NCBI GenBank assembly: GCA_033854915.1 | Contig: JAWWPM010000053.1 | Coordinates: forward strand, 1-54,324 | Source: Nocardioidaceae bacterium | GTDB lineage: Bacteria; Actinomycetota; Actinomycetes; Propionibacteriales; Nocardioidaceae | Direction of reading: 5' to 3' | Length of the DNA: 54,324 nt | Shown here: positions 1 to 8,539 of the stretch, in pieces | Layout of the letters: each line of letters starts with the position of its first letter | How positions within the stretch are numbered: position 1 is the stretch's first letter | Translations under genes and position numbers: made by a program | Notes under the pieces: model-generated | Databases searched by the model: none | What the model was told of the DNA's origin: nothing | Seen by the model: only the letters and a program-made list of their open reading frames with translations

Positions 1-2
1 TC

Positions 3-146
3 GAGGAGACGCTGTTCAGCGAGCCCGTCGACGAGATCCTGCTCGACGTGCCGCCGCACCACCTCTCGTCCTGGCTGCACCAGGACCTCGAGCACCGGCT
101 CAAGCACTTCCAGATCCCGGTGACCACCATCCGCCACGACGCCTGA
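3..146 (+). CDS. 3' end of a gene truncated by the window edge; possibly a universal-stress-like small protein
   Basis: Open frame EETLFSEPVDEILLDVPPHHLSSWLHQDLEHRLKHFQIPVTTIRHDA* with GC-rich third positions. Confidence 0.55.
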   Translation, partial: EETLFSEPVDEILLDVPPHHLSSWLHQDLEHRLKHFQIPVTTIRHDA

Positions 147-192
147 CCGTCGCGCCCTGTCGACTCCGCACCCCCGGTCCTACGCTGGAGTG

Positions 193-939
193 ATGAGCGT
201 GCTGGTGCAGGTGTACGGAGCTGTGACGACGGTCGTCATCGACCGGCCGCAGGCTCGCAACGCCGTCGATCGCGCGACGGCCGACGAGCTCGTGGCCGCG
301 TTCACGGCGTACGACGCCGACGACAGCCAAGCGGTGGCCGTGCTGACGGGTGCGGGCGGCACGTTCTGTGCGGGCGCCGACCTCAAGGCGTGGGACAACC
401 GGGTCGAGCCGGACGGTGACGGCCCGATGGGTCCGACCCGGCTGCGGCTCGGCAAGCCCGTGATCGCGGCGGTCGAGGGGTATGCCGTCGCCGGCGGCCT
501 CGAGCTGGCACTGTGGTGCGACCTGCGGGTGGCCGCCGAGGACGCGACGTTCGGCGTCTTCTGCAGGCGCTGGGGCGTGCCGCTGATGGACGGCGGCACG
601 GTGCGGCTGCCGCGGCTGGTCGGCACCGGCCGCGCGCTCGACCTGATCCTCACCGGGCGGGCGGTCAGCGCCGACGAGGCCGAGCGGATCGGCCTGGTCG
701 ACCGTGTCGTCCCGTCCGGCACCGCCCGCACCCACGCCGAGGCTCTCGCGGCCGAGCTGGCGGCCTTCCCCCAGGCCTGACTGCGCAACGACCGGCTCTC
801 CGCCCTCGAGCAGTACGGCCTCGAGGAGGGTGCGGCGATGGCCCGCGAGCTGGGGTACGGCGTTCGGTCGCTCGAGGCGGGCGGTGCCGAGGGTGCCCGC
901 CGCTTCGTCGGCGGCGAGGGTCGGCACGGGGCGTTCTGA
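193..939 (+). pseudogene. Crotonase/enoyl-CoA hydratase family protein with an in-frame TGA at 778-780
   Basis: Motifs RPQARNA, FCAGADL, KPVIAAVEGYAVAGGLELAL. The frame continues after TGA with family-like C-terminus LRNDR...GARRFVGGEGRHGAF* (stop 937-939). Confidence 0.85.
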
Positions 940-962
940 CGCGTGACTCCTATGCTCGTGGG

Positions 963-1829
963 GTGAGCTCCGCCTGGTTCTCCTCACCCGCCGATGCCCG
1001 CGAGCGACTGGCCGCGCAGGGCTATCTCGCGGACGCCGCCACCGCAACGACCTCGTTCCTGGCGGGGGCGCTCGACAAGCCGCTGCTGGTCGAGGGGCCG
1101 GCCGGTGTCGGCAAGACCGAGCTCGCCAAGGCCGTGGCCGCCGCGACCGGCGCGGGGCTGGTGCGGCTCCAGTGCTACGAGGGTCTCGACGAGGCGCGGG
1201 CGCTCTACGAGTGGAACTACAAGAAGCAGCTGCTCCGGATCCAGGCCGCAGGCGACCAGGCCTGGGAGGAGACCCACGACGACATCTTCACCGACGAGTT
1301 CCTGCAGACACGCCCCCTGCTGACCGCGATCCGGCGCGACGAGCCGACCGTGCTGCTGATCGACGAGGTCGACAAGACCGACGTCGAGGTCGAGGGCCTG
1401 CTGTTGGAGATCCTCAGCGACTTCCAGGTCACCATCCCCGAGCTCGGCACCCTGGTCGCCGTCCGCAAGCCCTACGTCGTCCTCACCTCGAACGCGAGCC
1501 GCGAGCTCTCCGAGGCCCTCAAGCGCCGCTGTCTGTACCTCCATCTCGACTACCCCGACGCCGAGCGGGAGCGCGAGATCGTGCGCGGCCAGGTGCCCGA
1601 CCTCGACGAGCGGATCGCTCGGCAGGTCGTCGACACGGTCGGCCGGCTGCGCGACCTCGAGCTGAAGAAGGCACCGTCGATCGCGGAGTCCGTCGACTGG
1701 GCGCGCACGTTGGTGGCTCTCGAGATCGGCGACCTCGACGAGCGCGCCGTGGCCGACACGCTCGGCGTCGTTCTCAAGCACGCCTCCGACCAGGAGCGGG
1801 CGGTCAAGGAGCTCAGGCTCCCGCGATGA
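963..1829 (+). CDS. MoxR/CoxD-family AAA+ ATPase
   Basis: Walker A GPAGVGKT, RLQCYEGLD, Walker B LLIDEVDK, LSEALKRRC; GTG start inferred. Confidence 0.9.
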   Translation: MSSAWFSSPADARERLAAQGYLADAATATTSFLAGALDKPLLVEGPAGVGKTELAKAVAAATGAGLVRLQCYEGLDEARALYEWNYKKQLLRIQAAGDQAWEETHDDIFTDEFLQTRPLLTAIRRDEPTVLLIDEVDKTDVEVEGLLLEILSDFQVTIPELGTLVAVRKPYVVLTSNASRELSEALKRRCLYLHLDYPDAEREREIVRGQVPDLDERIARQVVDTVGRLRDLELKKAPSIAESVDWARTLVALEIGDLDERAVADTLGVVLKHASDQERAVKELRLPR

Positions 1830-3238
1830 GCGGGCACGAGAGCGGGCTGCTCCGCACGCACATCGCCTTCCTCGAGGCGCTGCGCGGGGCGGGGGTCCCG
1901 GTGTCGCTGGCCGAGGACCTCGACGCGATCGCCGCGTTCAGCGTGCTCGACTGGGGCGACCGGGAGGCGATCCGGCAGGGTTACGCCGCCACGCTGGTCA
2001 AGCGGCCGGCGCAGCGGCCGACCTTCGAGTCGCTCTTCGACCTCTACTTCCCGCGCCTGGTCGGTGGGGGCGTCGGCGACCTCGGCGCGGACGGTGGCGC
2101 GGACAGCGCCGAGGGCCAGGGGGCCGGGCCGGAGCAGGGTCGCGACAGCGGCCCGGCCCTCGACGCGTTGCGTGCCGACCTGGTCGACGCGCTCGTCGCC
2201 GGCAACGACGCGATGCTGCAGCGGCTCGCGACCGAAGCGGTCGGCCGGTTCGGCGCGATGCGCGGGCGCGGACCGGGGCTGTCCAGCTGGTCGGCGTACA
2301 CCACGCTCCAGCGGGTCGCGCCGCAGACCCTGGTCGACCAGGTGGTGGCCGCGCTGGTGGGCATCGGGCGCCTCGACGACGAGGCGCGCCGGCGCGCCGA
2401 CCGCCGGGTCGGCGTCTTCACCGCGCTCGTCGAGGCCGAGGCCCGGCGCCGGATCGCGGAGGAGAAGGGCCCCGATCACGTGGCCCAGGTCGCCGTACGC
2501 CCCAGCCTCGACCGCCTCGACTTCACTGCCGCACGCAAGACCGATCTGGTCGAGATGCGCCGCGAGATCTACCCCCTGGCCCGTCGGCTGGCGACCCGAC
2601 TGGCCCGCGAGCGCCACTCCCGGCGCCGCGGGCCGCTCGACTTCCGGCGTACTGTCCGCGCCTCGGTCTCCACGGGCGGTGTACCCCTCACCACCCACCA
2701 CAAGCCGAAGCGGCCGCACCGCACCGAGCTCGTCGTGCTGTGCGACGTGAGCGGCTCGGTCGCGAACTTCGCGCAGTTCACGCTGATGCTCGTCTATGCC
2801 CTGAGCGAGCAGTTCGGGAAGGTGCGGGCCTTCACGTTCGTCGACCAGGTGCACGAGGTGACCGACGTGTTCCGCCCCGGCGCCGACCCGGCGGAGGTGC
2901 TGGCCGACCTCGCCGCACGCACCGGGCAGGCCGCGCTGTGGGGGCGCACCAACTACGGCCGGGCCTTCACGTCGTTCGCCGCGGAGCACGCCGACGCCCT
3001 CGGCCCGAAGTCCTCGTTGCTGATCCTGGGCGATGCGCGCTCCAACTACAGCGACCTGAGCGTGCCGGTGCTCCGCGAGCTGGCAGGCCGGGCCCGGCAT
3101 GCCTACTGGCTCAACCCCGAGCACCCCCGGCACTGGGACACCGGTGACTCGGCGGCCACGGCCTATGCCGACGTCGTAACGATGGTGGAGTGCCGCAACC
3201 TGACCCAGCTCGGGGAGTTCGTGCACGACCTGGCCTGA
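1826..3238 (+). CDS. VWA-domain CoxE-like protein
   Basis: ATGA overlap with the ATPase; MIDAS-like CDVSGSV, LDFRRTVRAS, LGDARSNY, WLNPE. Confidence 0.9.
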   Translation: MSGHESGLLRTHIAFLEALRGAGVPVSLAEDLDAIAAFSVLDWGDREAIRQGYAATLVKRPAQRPTFESLFDLYFPRLVGGGVGDLGADGGADSAEGQGAGPEQGRDSGPALDALRADLVDALVAGNDAMLQRLATEAVGRFGAMRGRGPGLSSWSAYTTLQRVAPQTLVDQVVAALVGIGRLDDEARRRADRRVGVFTALVEAEARRRIAEEKGPDHVAQVAVRPSLDRLDFTAARKTDLVEMRREIYPLARRLATRLARERHSRRRGPLDFRRTVRASVSTGGVPLTTHHKPKRPHRTELVVLCDVSGSVANFAQFTLMLVYALSEQFGKVRAFTFVDQVHEVTDVFRPGADPAEVLADLAARTGQAALWGRTNYGRAFTSFAAEHADALGPKSSLLILGDARSNYSDLSVPVLRELAGRARHAYWLNPEHPRHWDTGDSAATAYADVVTMVECRNLTQLGEFVHDLA

Positions 3239-3252
3239 GCCGAGCCGGGGGT

Positions 3253-4554
3253 TCAGCCGGCGAGGTAGCCGAGCTCCACGAGGCGGTCGAGCTCGGCACG
3301 CAGCTCGGGGTGGGCGGCCTGGTCGGCGGCCCGGGCGCCGGCCAGGTAGGGATCCGCCACGTCGGTCTGACCGCCTTCGAAGACCACGGTCAGGCGGTTG
3401 GTCGCCTCGGCGTTCATCAGGGAGCCGAGCAGGGCGACCGGGTCGGTGCGGTCCTCGAGCGAGAGCATCCGGACGCCTTCGGGCAGTCGCGGCGCCTGCG
3501 CACTCGGAGAGCCGGCGGTCACGACCTGCTCGATCGTGAAGCGGGTCTCTGGCCGGCCAGCAGCGAGCTCCGCGGCCACCAGGCCACCGGGTCCGCTGCC
3601 CACCAGCATCACCCGTGCGTCGGGCTCGGTGATCACGCGGTCGAGGGTCTCGCGCACCTTCCGGGAGTACGACGAGAGGTCTCCGCCGACGAGCCGTAGC
3701 CGGGCCGATCGGCCACCGTCGGGGCCGGGCAGGTAGGCGATGTAGCGGTTGTCCGAGATCCGGTGGACACCGACCCCTCTGGCGGTGGCACCGAGGTTGG
3801 TGAGCAGGCCCGCCAGCCCCTGCGGCAGCGCGCCCGACAGCTCGGTCGGCGCCTCAGGCATGGCGCGCTCGGGCTGCACGAAGCCACCCGCGATGTCGCG
3901 GACGGCGGCCGCGGTGTCGTCCGGGAACGGCTCGATGCCCGCGCCCCGGAGGCCGCCGGCCGCGGCCAGCAGGCCGGTCTCGCCGCCGAGCACGCCGGCG
4001 GTCAGCATCGAGCGCAGCTGGAGGCTCTCCACGAGCCCTCCGCCGCCGGCCGTGATGTGGTCGAGGAGGTCGGGGTTGTTCTCGGCGAGGTCGCTGAGGT
4101 AGGACGCGACGCCGTCGCGCTCGACCGCGTCGGTCTCGATCAGGCCGGCGGAGACGATCGCCCCACCCAGGGCCACCTCGGGCGCGAGGTAGCCGATCGC
4201 GCGACCGGCGATCGAGCCGAGCGTGCGGTAGGCGGCGTTCTGGAGCTCGTCGATCCAGCGGTAGGTGAGCACCGTGGCGCGCACCACCAGCGCATCGGCA
4301 TCGAGCTCGATCGAGCGGGTGAGCACGCCGTGCCTGCCGCTGGTTGCCGCGCGGATGTCGTCGGCGGCCGTCGCGTACGTCGCCCGCGAGAGCGCCTCGG
4401 AGTCGGAGACGTCATCGTCGCCCAGCACCTCGACACCCAGCCGGGCCCGGGCCCGGAGATCCTCGGCGGTCGTCTCGAACAGGTCGGCGAGCCGCAGCAT
4501 CTCGTCGTAGCGGTCGGGGCTCACCGAGGCCTCGGTGCTCGTGCGGTCGCTCAT
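3253..4554 (-). CDS. Putative T7SS substrate: N-terminal helical domain (YRWID) + alpha/beta-hydrolase fold lacking catalytic Ser/His
   Basis: Paralog of 5974-7368 (shared ALxVRATV, YxxYLPG, QVVTAGxP, LSLE..D.V); VGSGPGG replaces AGHSQGG. Confidence 0.7.
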   Translation of the reverse strand: MSDRTSTEASVSPDRYDEMLRLADLFETTAEDLRARARLGVEVLGDDDVSDSEALSRATYATAADDIRAATSGRHGVLTRSIELDADALVVRATVLTYRWIDELQNAAYRTLGSIAGRAIGYLAPEVALGGAIVSAGLIETDAVERDGVASYLSDLAENNPDLLDHITAGGGGLVESLQLRSMLTAGVLGGETGLLAAAGGLRGAGIEPFPDDTAAAVRDIAGGFVQPERAMPEAPTELSGALPQGLAGLLTNLGATARGVGVHRISDNRYIAYLPGPDGGRSARLRLVGGDLSSYSRKVRETLDRVITEPDARVMLVGSGPGGLVAAELAAGRPETRFTIEQVVTAGSPSAQAPRLPEGVRMLSLEDRTDPVALLGSLMNAEATNRLTVVFEGGQTDVADPYLAGARAADQAAHPELRAELDRLVELGYLAG

Positions 4555-5480
4555 CCTGCGACCACCTCCGCCAGCACGAAGGCCAGGTCGCCGGCGAGAT
4601 CGGTCGGCTCGACCCGCCGTACCTCGACGCGGTGGTCGTCGCCCGTACGTCGCGGCCGAAACGCGCGCCACCCGTCGGCGAGCAGCACCCACGACACCAC
4701 CCCGACGACGGTGGTCTCGTGGCCCGACACGTCGGCTCCGAGCGCACGCAGTCGCCCGCGGGTGTCGATGATCAGGGCCGTGAGCATGGAGGTGAGCTCG
4801 ACGTCGCTGATCGGGCGCCCGTCGGCGTCGACCGACGAGCCGGAGTGCCGGGCCGCCAGCACGGGCAGCAGGTCGGACCTCGAGCTGCGGACGGCCTCGC
4901 TGGCGGCGTCGAGCAGCTCGAAGGGCACGTCGATCACGTCTGGCAGAGCGGTGCCGCGCAGGGACCGGTCGCTGGGCAGCATCGCCGTTCGGGCGAGCTC
5001 GTCGGCCCAGGAGGAGGCGGCGAACCACGCCAGCTCGAAGACCACTCCGTCGAGGGTGGCCAGCGTTGCCACCGCGCCGTCGGCCTCGCGGTGCCAGGCA
5101 TGGGCGTGGGCACCGTCGACCGCAACGTCGAGGTCGACGGCGACGCGGGGCGTGGCGAGCAGGCCGAGCGCCCCGGCCAGGCCGTCATCCAGGGCGTCAC
5201 CGGAGAGCAGGCCGCGCCGACGCAGCGTGTCAGCGGGATCGTTCAGCGCCGCCAGGGTCGTGGCGTACGCCTGGTCCTGGGCGGAGGTCCGGCTCACCCC
5301 GAGCCGCCATTCGAGCGCGCCGGTCTGGGCCGGTTCGCTGACCACGAAGGGCAGCGGCGCACCGCCGGCCCGCTCGGCGGCCAGCTGCAGCTCAGGCAAC
5401 GTCAGTGCCACGCGGCGGGGCAGGGCATCGAGGAGGTCCGCCGCGGGCGGCGGCGGGTTTCCGAGGTCGATGGTGGCCAT
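4551..5480 (-). CDS. EspG-like ESX chaperone (309 aa)
   Basis: N-terminal LTLPEL...PLPF, LRRRGLL, LGLLATP pattern and W..DGW near the C-terminus resemble EspG; lies between a WxG gene and a substrate gene. Confidence 0.55.
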   Translation of the reverse strand: MATIDLGNPPPPAADLLDALPRRVALTLPELQLAAERAGGAPLPFVVSEPAQTGALEWRLGVSRTSAQDQAYATTLAALNDPADTLRRRGLLSGDALDDGLAGALGLLATPRVAVDLDVAVDGAHAHAWHREADGAVATLATLDGVVFELAWFAASSWADELARTAMLPSDRSLRGTALPDVIDVPFELLDAASEAVRSSRSDLLPVLAARHSGSSVDADGRPISDVELTSMLTALIIDTRGRLRALGADVSGHETTVVGVVSWVLLADGWRAFRPRRTGDDHRVEVRRVEPTDLAGDLAFVLAEVVAG

Positions 5481-5482
5481 CG

Positions 5483-5917
5483 TCAGCGCCCTGGGAGCTC
5501 GAGGGTCAGCCAGTGCGCGTGACCGGTCGGCGGGGGCTCCACGGCGGCCAGCATCCGGTCGCGGTCCGTGACGGGGTCGTCCTCGGCGTGGCCGTCGTCC
5601 TCCGCCTCGAGCCGGGACCGGGCCTCGGCCAGGTCGTGGGAGAGCCGGCGCTCGGTCTCGCCGATCGACTCCTTGAGCAGGTCGACCTCGGCGAGGTGGC
5701 GTTCGAGCGAGTCGGCGGCGGTGTCGTGGGCGTAGGCCGCGGCGCGCAGGTGGTGGGCGCGCTCCTTGACCCGCTCGCGCATGGCGTCGGCGGCCCGGCC
5801 GCGCCACGCGATGGCCTCGCTGCGCGCGACCAGCTGGTCGGCGGTGGCCCGGATGTCGGCGCCCTGCTCGCGTAGCTGGCCCGCACGCTTGCGCATGACC
5901 AGGGTGTCGCCGTACAT
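5483..5917 (-). CDS. WXG100-like helical protein (144 aa)
   Basis: Helix-WRG-helix (AWRGRAADAM); RBS gaaggag upstream; paralog of 7979-8413. Confidence 0.75.
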   Translation of the reverse strand: MYGDTLVMRKRAGQLREQGADIRATADQLVARSEAIAWRGRAADAMRERVKERAHHLRAAAYAHDTAADSLERHLAEVDLLKESIGETERRLSHDLAEARSRLEAEDDGHAEDDPVTDRDRMLAAVEPPPTGHAHWLTLELPGR

Positions 5918-5945
5918 GCATGCTCCTTCGGGGGGTGTGGGGTCC

Positions 5946-5970
5946 CTACCCCAGGGTCAGTGTGCCAAAC
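5946..5970 (-). promoter_or_regulatory. SigF/SigB-type promoter candidate GTTT-N15-GGGTAG
   Basis: Minus strand gttt-ggcacactgaccctg-gggtag, 28 nt upstream of the ATG at 5917. Confidence 0.6.
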
Positions 5971-5973
5971 CCC

Positions 5974-7368
5974 TCAGCGGGTGATCTGGAAGACCTGGCT
6001 CGACGCCGTACCGCCGGAGCCGAGGAAGCCGTGCCCGCGCAGGCTGCCCAGCGCTGCCTGCAGCGACGGGTCGCTCGAGGCGTCGACGGCCGCGGCACCA
6101 CGCACGTAGTGGGCGAGGTCGTGGCTGCCGGCGAGGGAGGCCTCGTGGTCGTCGAACTGCACCGTCACCTGCTGCACCGAGTCGGGGTTGTCGACGCCGT
6201 CGAGCAGGGGTACGACGTCGCCGTGGTTCTCCAGCGAGAGCACGTGACTCCCCGGTGGGAAGCCGTGCACCTGCGCGGTCGGCGCGCCCGCAGTCACCAC
6301 CTGGGTCACGTGGAACGCCGACCCGTTGCCGAGCATCGCGGCCGCCTCCATCCCGCCCTGGCTGTGGCCGGCGAGGAGCACCGGGTCATCGGGCCCGATC
6401 CCGGCCCGGCGCATCGCCTCCTCGATCCCCTGCTGGTAGGTCGTGTCGTGGCCGGCGATCAGGTCGAGGTTGGTGGCGAGGTCGCGCACGTCGCCGTCCT
6501 GATCGAAGGGGGTCGTGGCGAGGTCGTCGGTGCCGGGCAGGTAGACGATGTAGCGGACCTTCCCGTCGGGACCGTGCAGGGTCTGCACCTCGATCGTGCC
6601 CTGGTCACCGGGTCGGTCCGCCGGAGAGAGGTCGCTGGTCTGCCGGAGGTGGCGGACCAGAGCGGCCAGGCTGTCCGGCGGCGTCGTGGCCAGGGGCACC
6701 GACAGGTCGCGACGCCGGTGCACCCGGGCGGGACCCTCGTCGCCGTACAGCGCCGCGAGCGTGGCCGCTGCAGCTCCGGTGGTCGGGTGGAACGCGGCCA
6801 GCCCCAGCACGCCGGCCGGCAGGAAGCCGGCGAGCAGACCGTCGAGCAGGCCGCCGCTCCCGCCGACGAGGTGCTGCACGGCCTCGGGGTGCCCGACGGC
6901 CTCACCCTCGAGCTCGGTGGCGAGTCCGGGGTCGAGGCGGAGCGCGAGCAGCCCGGCGAGCAGGAGGTACGGCGCGGACTCGGCGACCGTGTAGCCGAGC
7001 GCCCGGCCGGTGAGGTAGTCGAGCGTCGCGAAGGACCGGTCCACCAGGCGGTCGCACTCCTCGAACGCGTCGACGGTCGCGCGCACCAGCAGGGCGTCGG
7101 CCTCGTAGACGACCGACTCGACGAGGATGCCGTGGCTGCCCGTGGTGGCCGCGAGCACCTTCTCCTCGGCCGCGGCGAAGGTCACCGGCGAGAGCACCGC
7201 CGACTCCATCAGGTCGGGATCGGCGAGGGTGCGCCCGCCGGTCGCCGCCCAGCCGCGCATCCGGTCGCCGGCCGTGTCGAATCGGTCGGCGAGGGCGCGG
7301 ACGTGGGCATAGCTCGCCGCCAGGCCGCCCACGCCACCCGTGACCTTCGTGATCGGCGCCCTGCTCAT
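5974..7368 (-). CDS. Putative T7SS-secreted alpha/beta-hydrolase (lipase/esterase) with N-terminal helical domain (FEECD)
   Basis: Nucleophile elbow GHSQGG, Asp in ENHGDVVP, His in GSHDLAHY; no Sec signal peptide. Confidence 0.8.
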   Translation of the reverse strand: MSRAPITKVTGGVGGLAASYAHVRALADRFDTAGDRMRGWAATGGRTLADPDLMESAVLSPVTFAAAEEKVLAATTGSHGILVESVVYEADALLVRATVDAFEECDRLVDRSFATLDYLTGRALGYTVAESAPYLLLAGLLALRLDPGLATELEGEAVGHPEAVQHLVGGSGGLLDGLLAGFLPAGVLGLAAFHPTTGAAAATLAALYGDEGPARVHRRRDLSVPLATTPPDSLAALVRHLRQTSDLSPADRPGDQGTIEVQTLHGPDGKVRYIVYLPGTDDLATTPFDQDGDVRDLATNLDLIAGHDTTYQQGIEEAMRRAGIGPDDPVLLAGHSQGGMEAAAMLGNGSAFHVTQVVTAGAPTAQVHGFPPGSHVLSLENHGDVVPLLDGVDNPDSVQQVTVQFDDHEASLAGSHDLAHYVRGAAAVDASSDPSLQAALGSLRGHGFLGSGGTASSQVFQITR

Positions 7369-7982
7369 GCCCGCACCTCGACGGCCCAGCGGGCGACCAG
7401 CGCGGCCAGGTCCGCAGGTCGTCGGGACTCGACCCGGACCATGGCCCTCGGGCGACCGAGCGCGGACCGCCCAGCGTAGGGAGCGAGCTCGCGCCACCCG
7501 TCGCCGAAGAGCAGCCACGAGGCCAAGCCGACCCGCAAGCGGCCGCGCCGGCCGCCCGAGCCCACGGCCTGCAGGCGGGCCTGCACACCGTGGTGGAGGC
7601 GCCGCAGTTGCTGGTGGGTCGCGCCCAGGTCGAGCACCGTGCCGTCGGCCCGCACTGCCCCGGCGTCGCGCGCCACGAGCTCGTCGTACACCTCGGGCCG
7701 CCGGCCGGACAGCGCCGCTGCGGTGCCGACCAACAGGTCCCACGGCAGCTCGAGGAGGCACGCCGGCGCGGGCCGCACCCGGGCCGGGGCCGGCAGCCTC
7801 AGACGGCCCTCCAGCTCGCGCCGCCACTGGCCGACCTCGAGGCTCAGCACCTCGACCCGCCCGGTCCCGTGCACGACGACGCCCGCGACGCGCGACCCGC
7901 TCAGGGCGTACCCGACATGCACCCGCGCGCTCGCCGACGGGTCGGTGGTCGCCAGATCGAGGTCGACCCGGAGGGTGGTCAC
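7365..7982 (-). CDS. Shorter EspG-like paralog (205 aa)
   Basis: GTGA and ATGA overlaps on both sides; shares (V/A)SW(V/L)L..DGWR and VEVRRVEPTDLA/VRVESRRPADLA with 4551-5480. Confidence 0.55.
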   Translation of the reverse strand: MTTLRVDLDLATTDPSASARVHVGYALSGSRVAGVVVHGTGRVEVLSLEVGQWRRELEGRLRLPAPARVRPAPACLLELPWDLLVGTAAALSGRRPEVYDELVARDAGAVRADGTVLDLGATHQQLRRLHHGVQARLQAVGSGGRRGRLRVGLASWLLFGDGWRELAPYAGRSALGRPRAMVRVESRRPADLAALVARWAVEVRA

Positions 7983-8413
7983 GACGCACCCGGAACGTGG
8001 ACGTCGAGCCACTCCATGCTCCCGTGCGGCGGCGCGACGAAATGGCGCGCCCAGTGCTCCAGTGGGTCGGGTACGACGTGGGAGAGGGCGTGGGCGAGCC
8101 CGCCTAGGGCGTGCCCGGCACTGCGGAGCAAGGCACTGGCGCGACGCTCGATGTCCGCGATCAACTCCTCGATGCGGTCGACCTCGCGGGCGTGCCGCTC
8201 GAGGGCCTCGGCGGCATCCGCGTGCCGGACCGCGCACTGCCGCAGGTCACCGGCGTGGGCGTGGGCCAGGCCACGCATCGCATCGGCGGCCAGGCCCGAC
8301 CACGCGACGGACTCGGCGTGCGCGGCCAGGGACTCGGCCTCGGCCCGGATGTCCGCCCCCTGGTCGCGCAGCCGCCGGGCCAGGCCACGGATCACCGTCG
8401 TGTCGCCGTACAT
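7979..8413 (-). CDS. WXG100-like helical protein (144 aa)
   Basis: MYGDT start, AWSGLAADAM, RBS ggagg; paralog of 5483-5917. Confidence 0.75.
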   Translation of the reverse strand: MYGDTTVIRGLARRLRDQGADIRAEAESLAAHAESVAWSGLAADAMRGLAHAHAGDLRQCAVRHADAAEALERHAREVDRIEELIADIERRASALLRSAGHALGGLAHALSHVVPDPLEHWARHFVAPPHGSMEWLDVHVPGAS

Positions 8414-8491
8414 CGCATCCTCCCGAGTTCGCGCCGGCCCGGGCGTGGAGCCCTGCGCAGGACGCGGCCCGCCCCGTCGCCGGGGCAAAAC

Positions 8492-8531
8492 CTGACGGTT
8501 CCCGCCTGTGGAGAGAGGCGGGAACCGTCAG
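8492..8531 (-). terminator. Intrinsic terminator after the sigma/anti-sigma operon
   Basis: 16-bp perfect stem ctgacggttcccgcct/aggcgggaaccgtcag, followed by gtttt on the minus strand. Confidence 0.8.
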
Positions 8532-8539
8532 CCCCGATG

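Noticed and set aside
963-3238. MoxR-VWA pair as a substitute for the missing EccA
   Set aside because: Common CoxD/CoxE-type pair, convergent with the cassettes; only proximity supports a link
8466-8492. GTTT-N17-GGGCCG upstream of the first cassette
   Set aside because: Poor -10 match, and the GTTT is the terminator U-tract; not counted as a promoter
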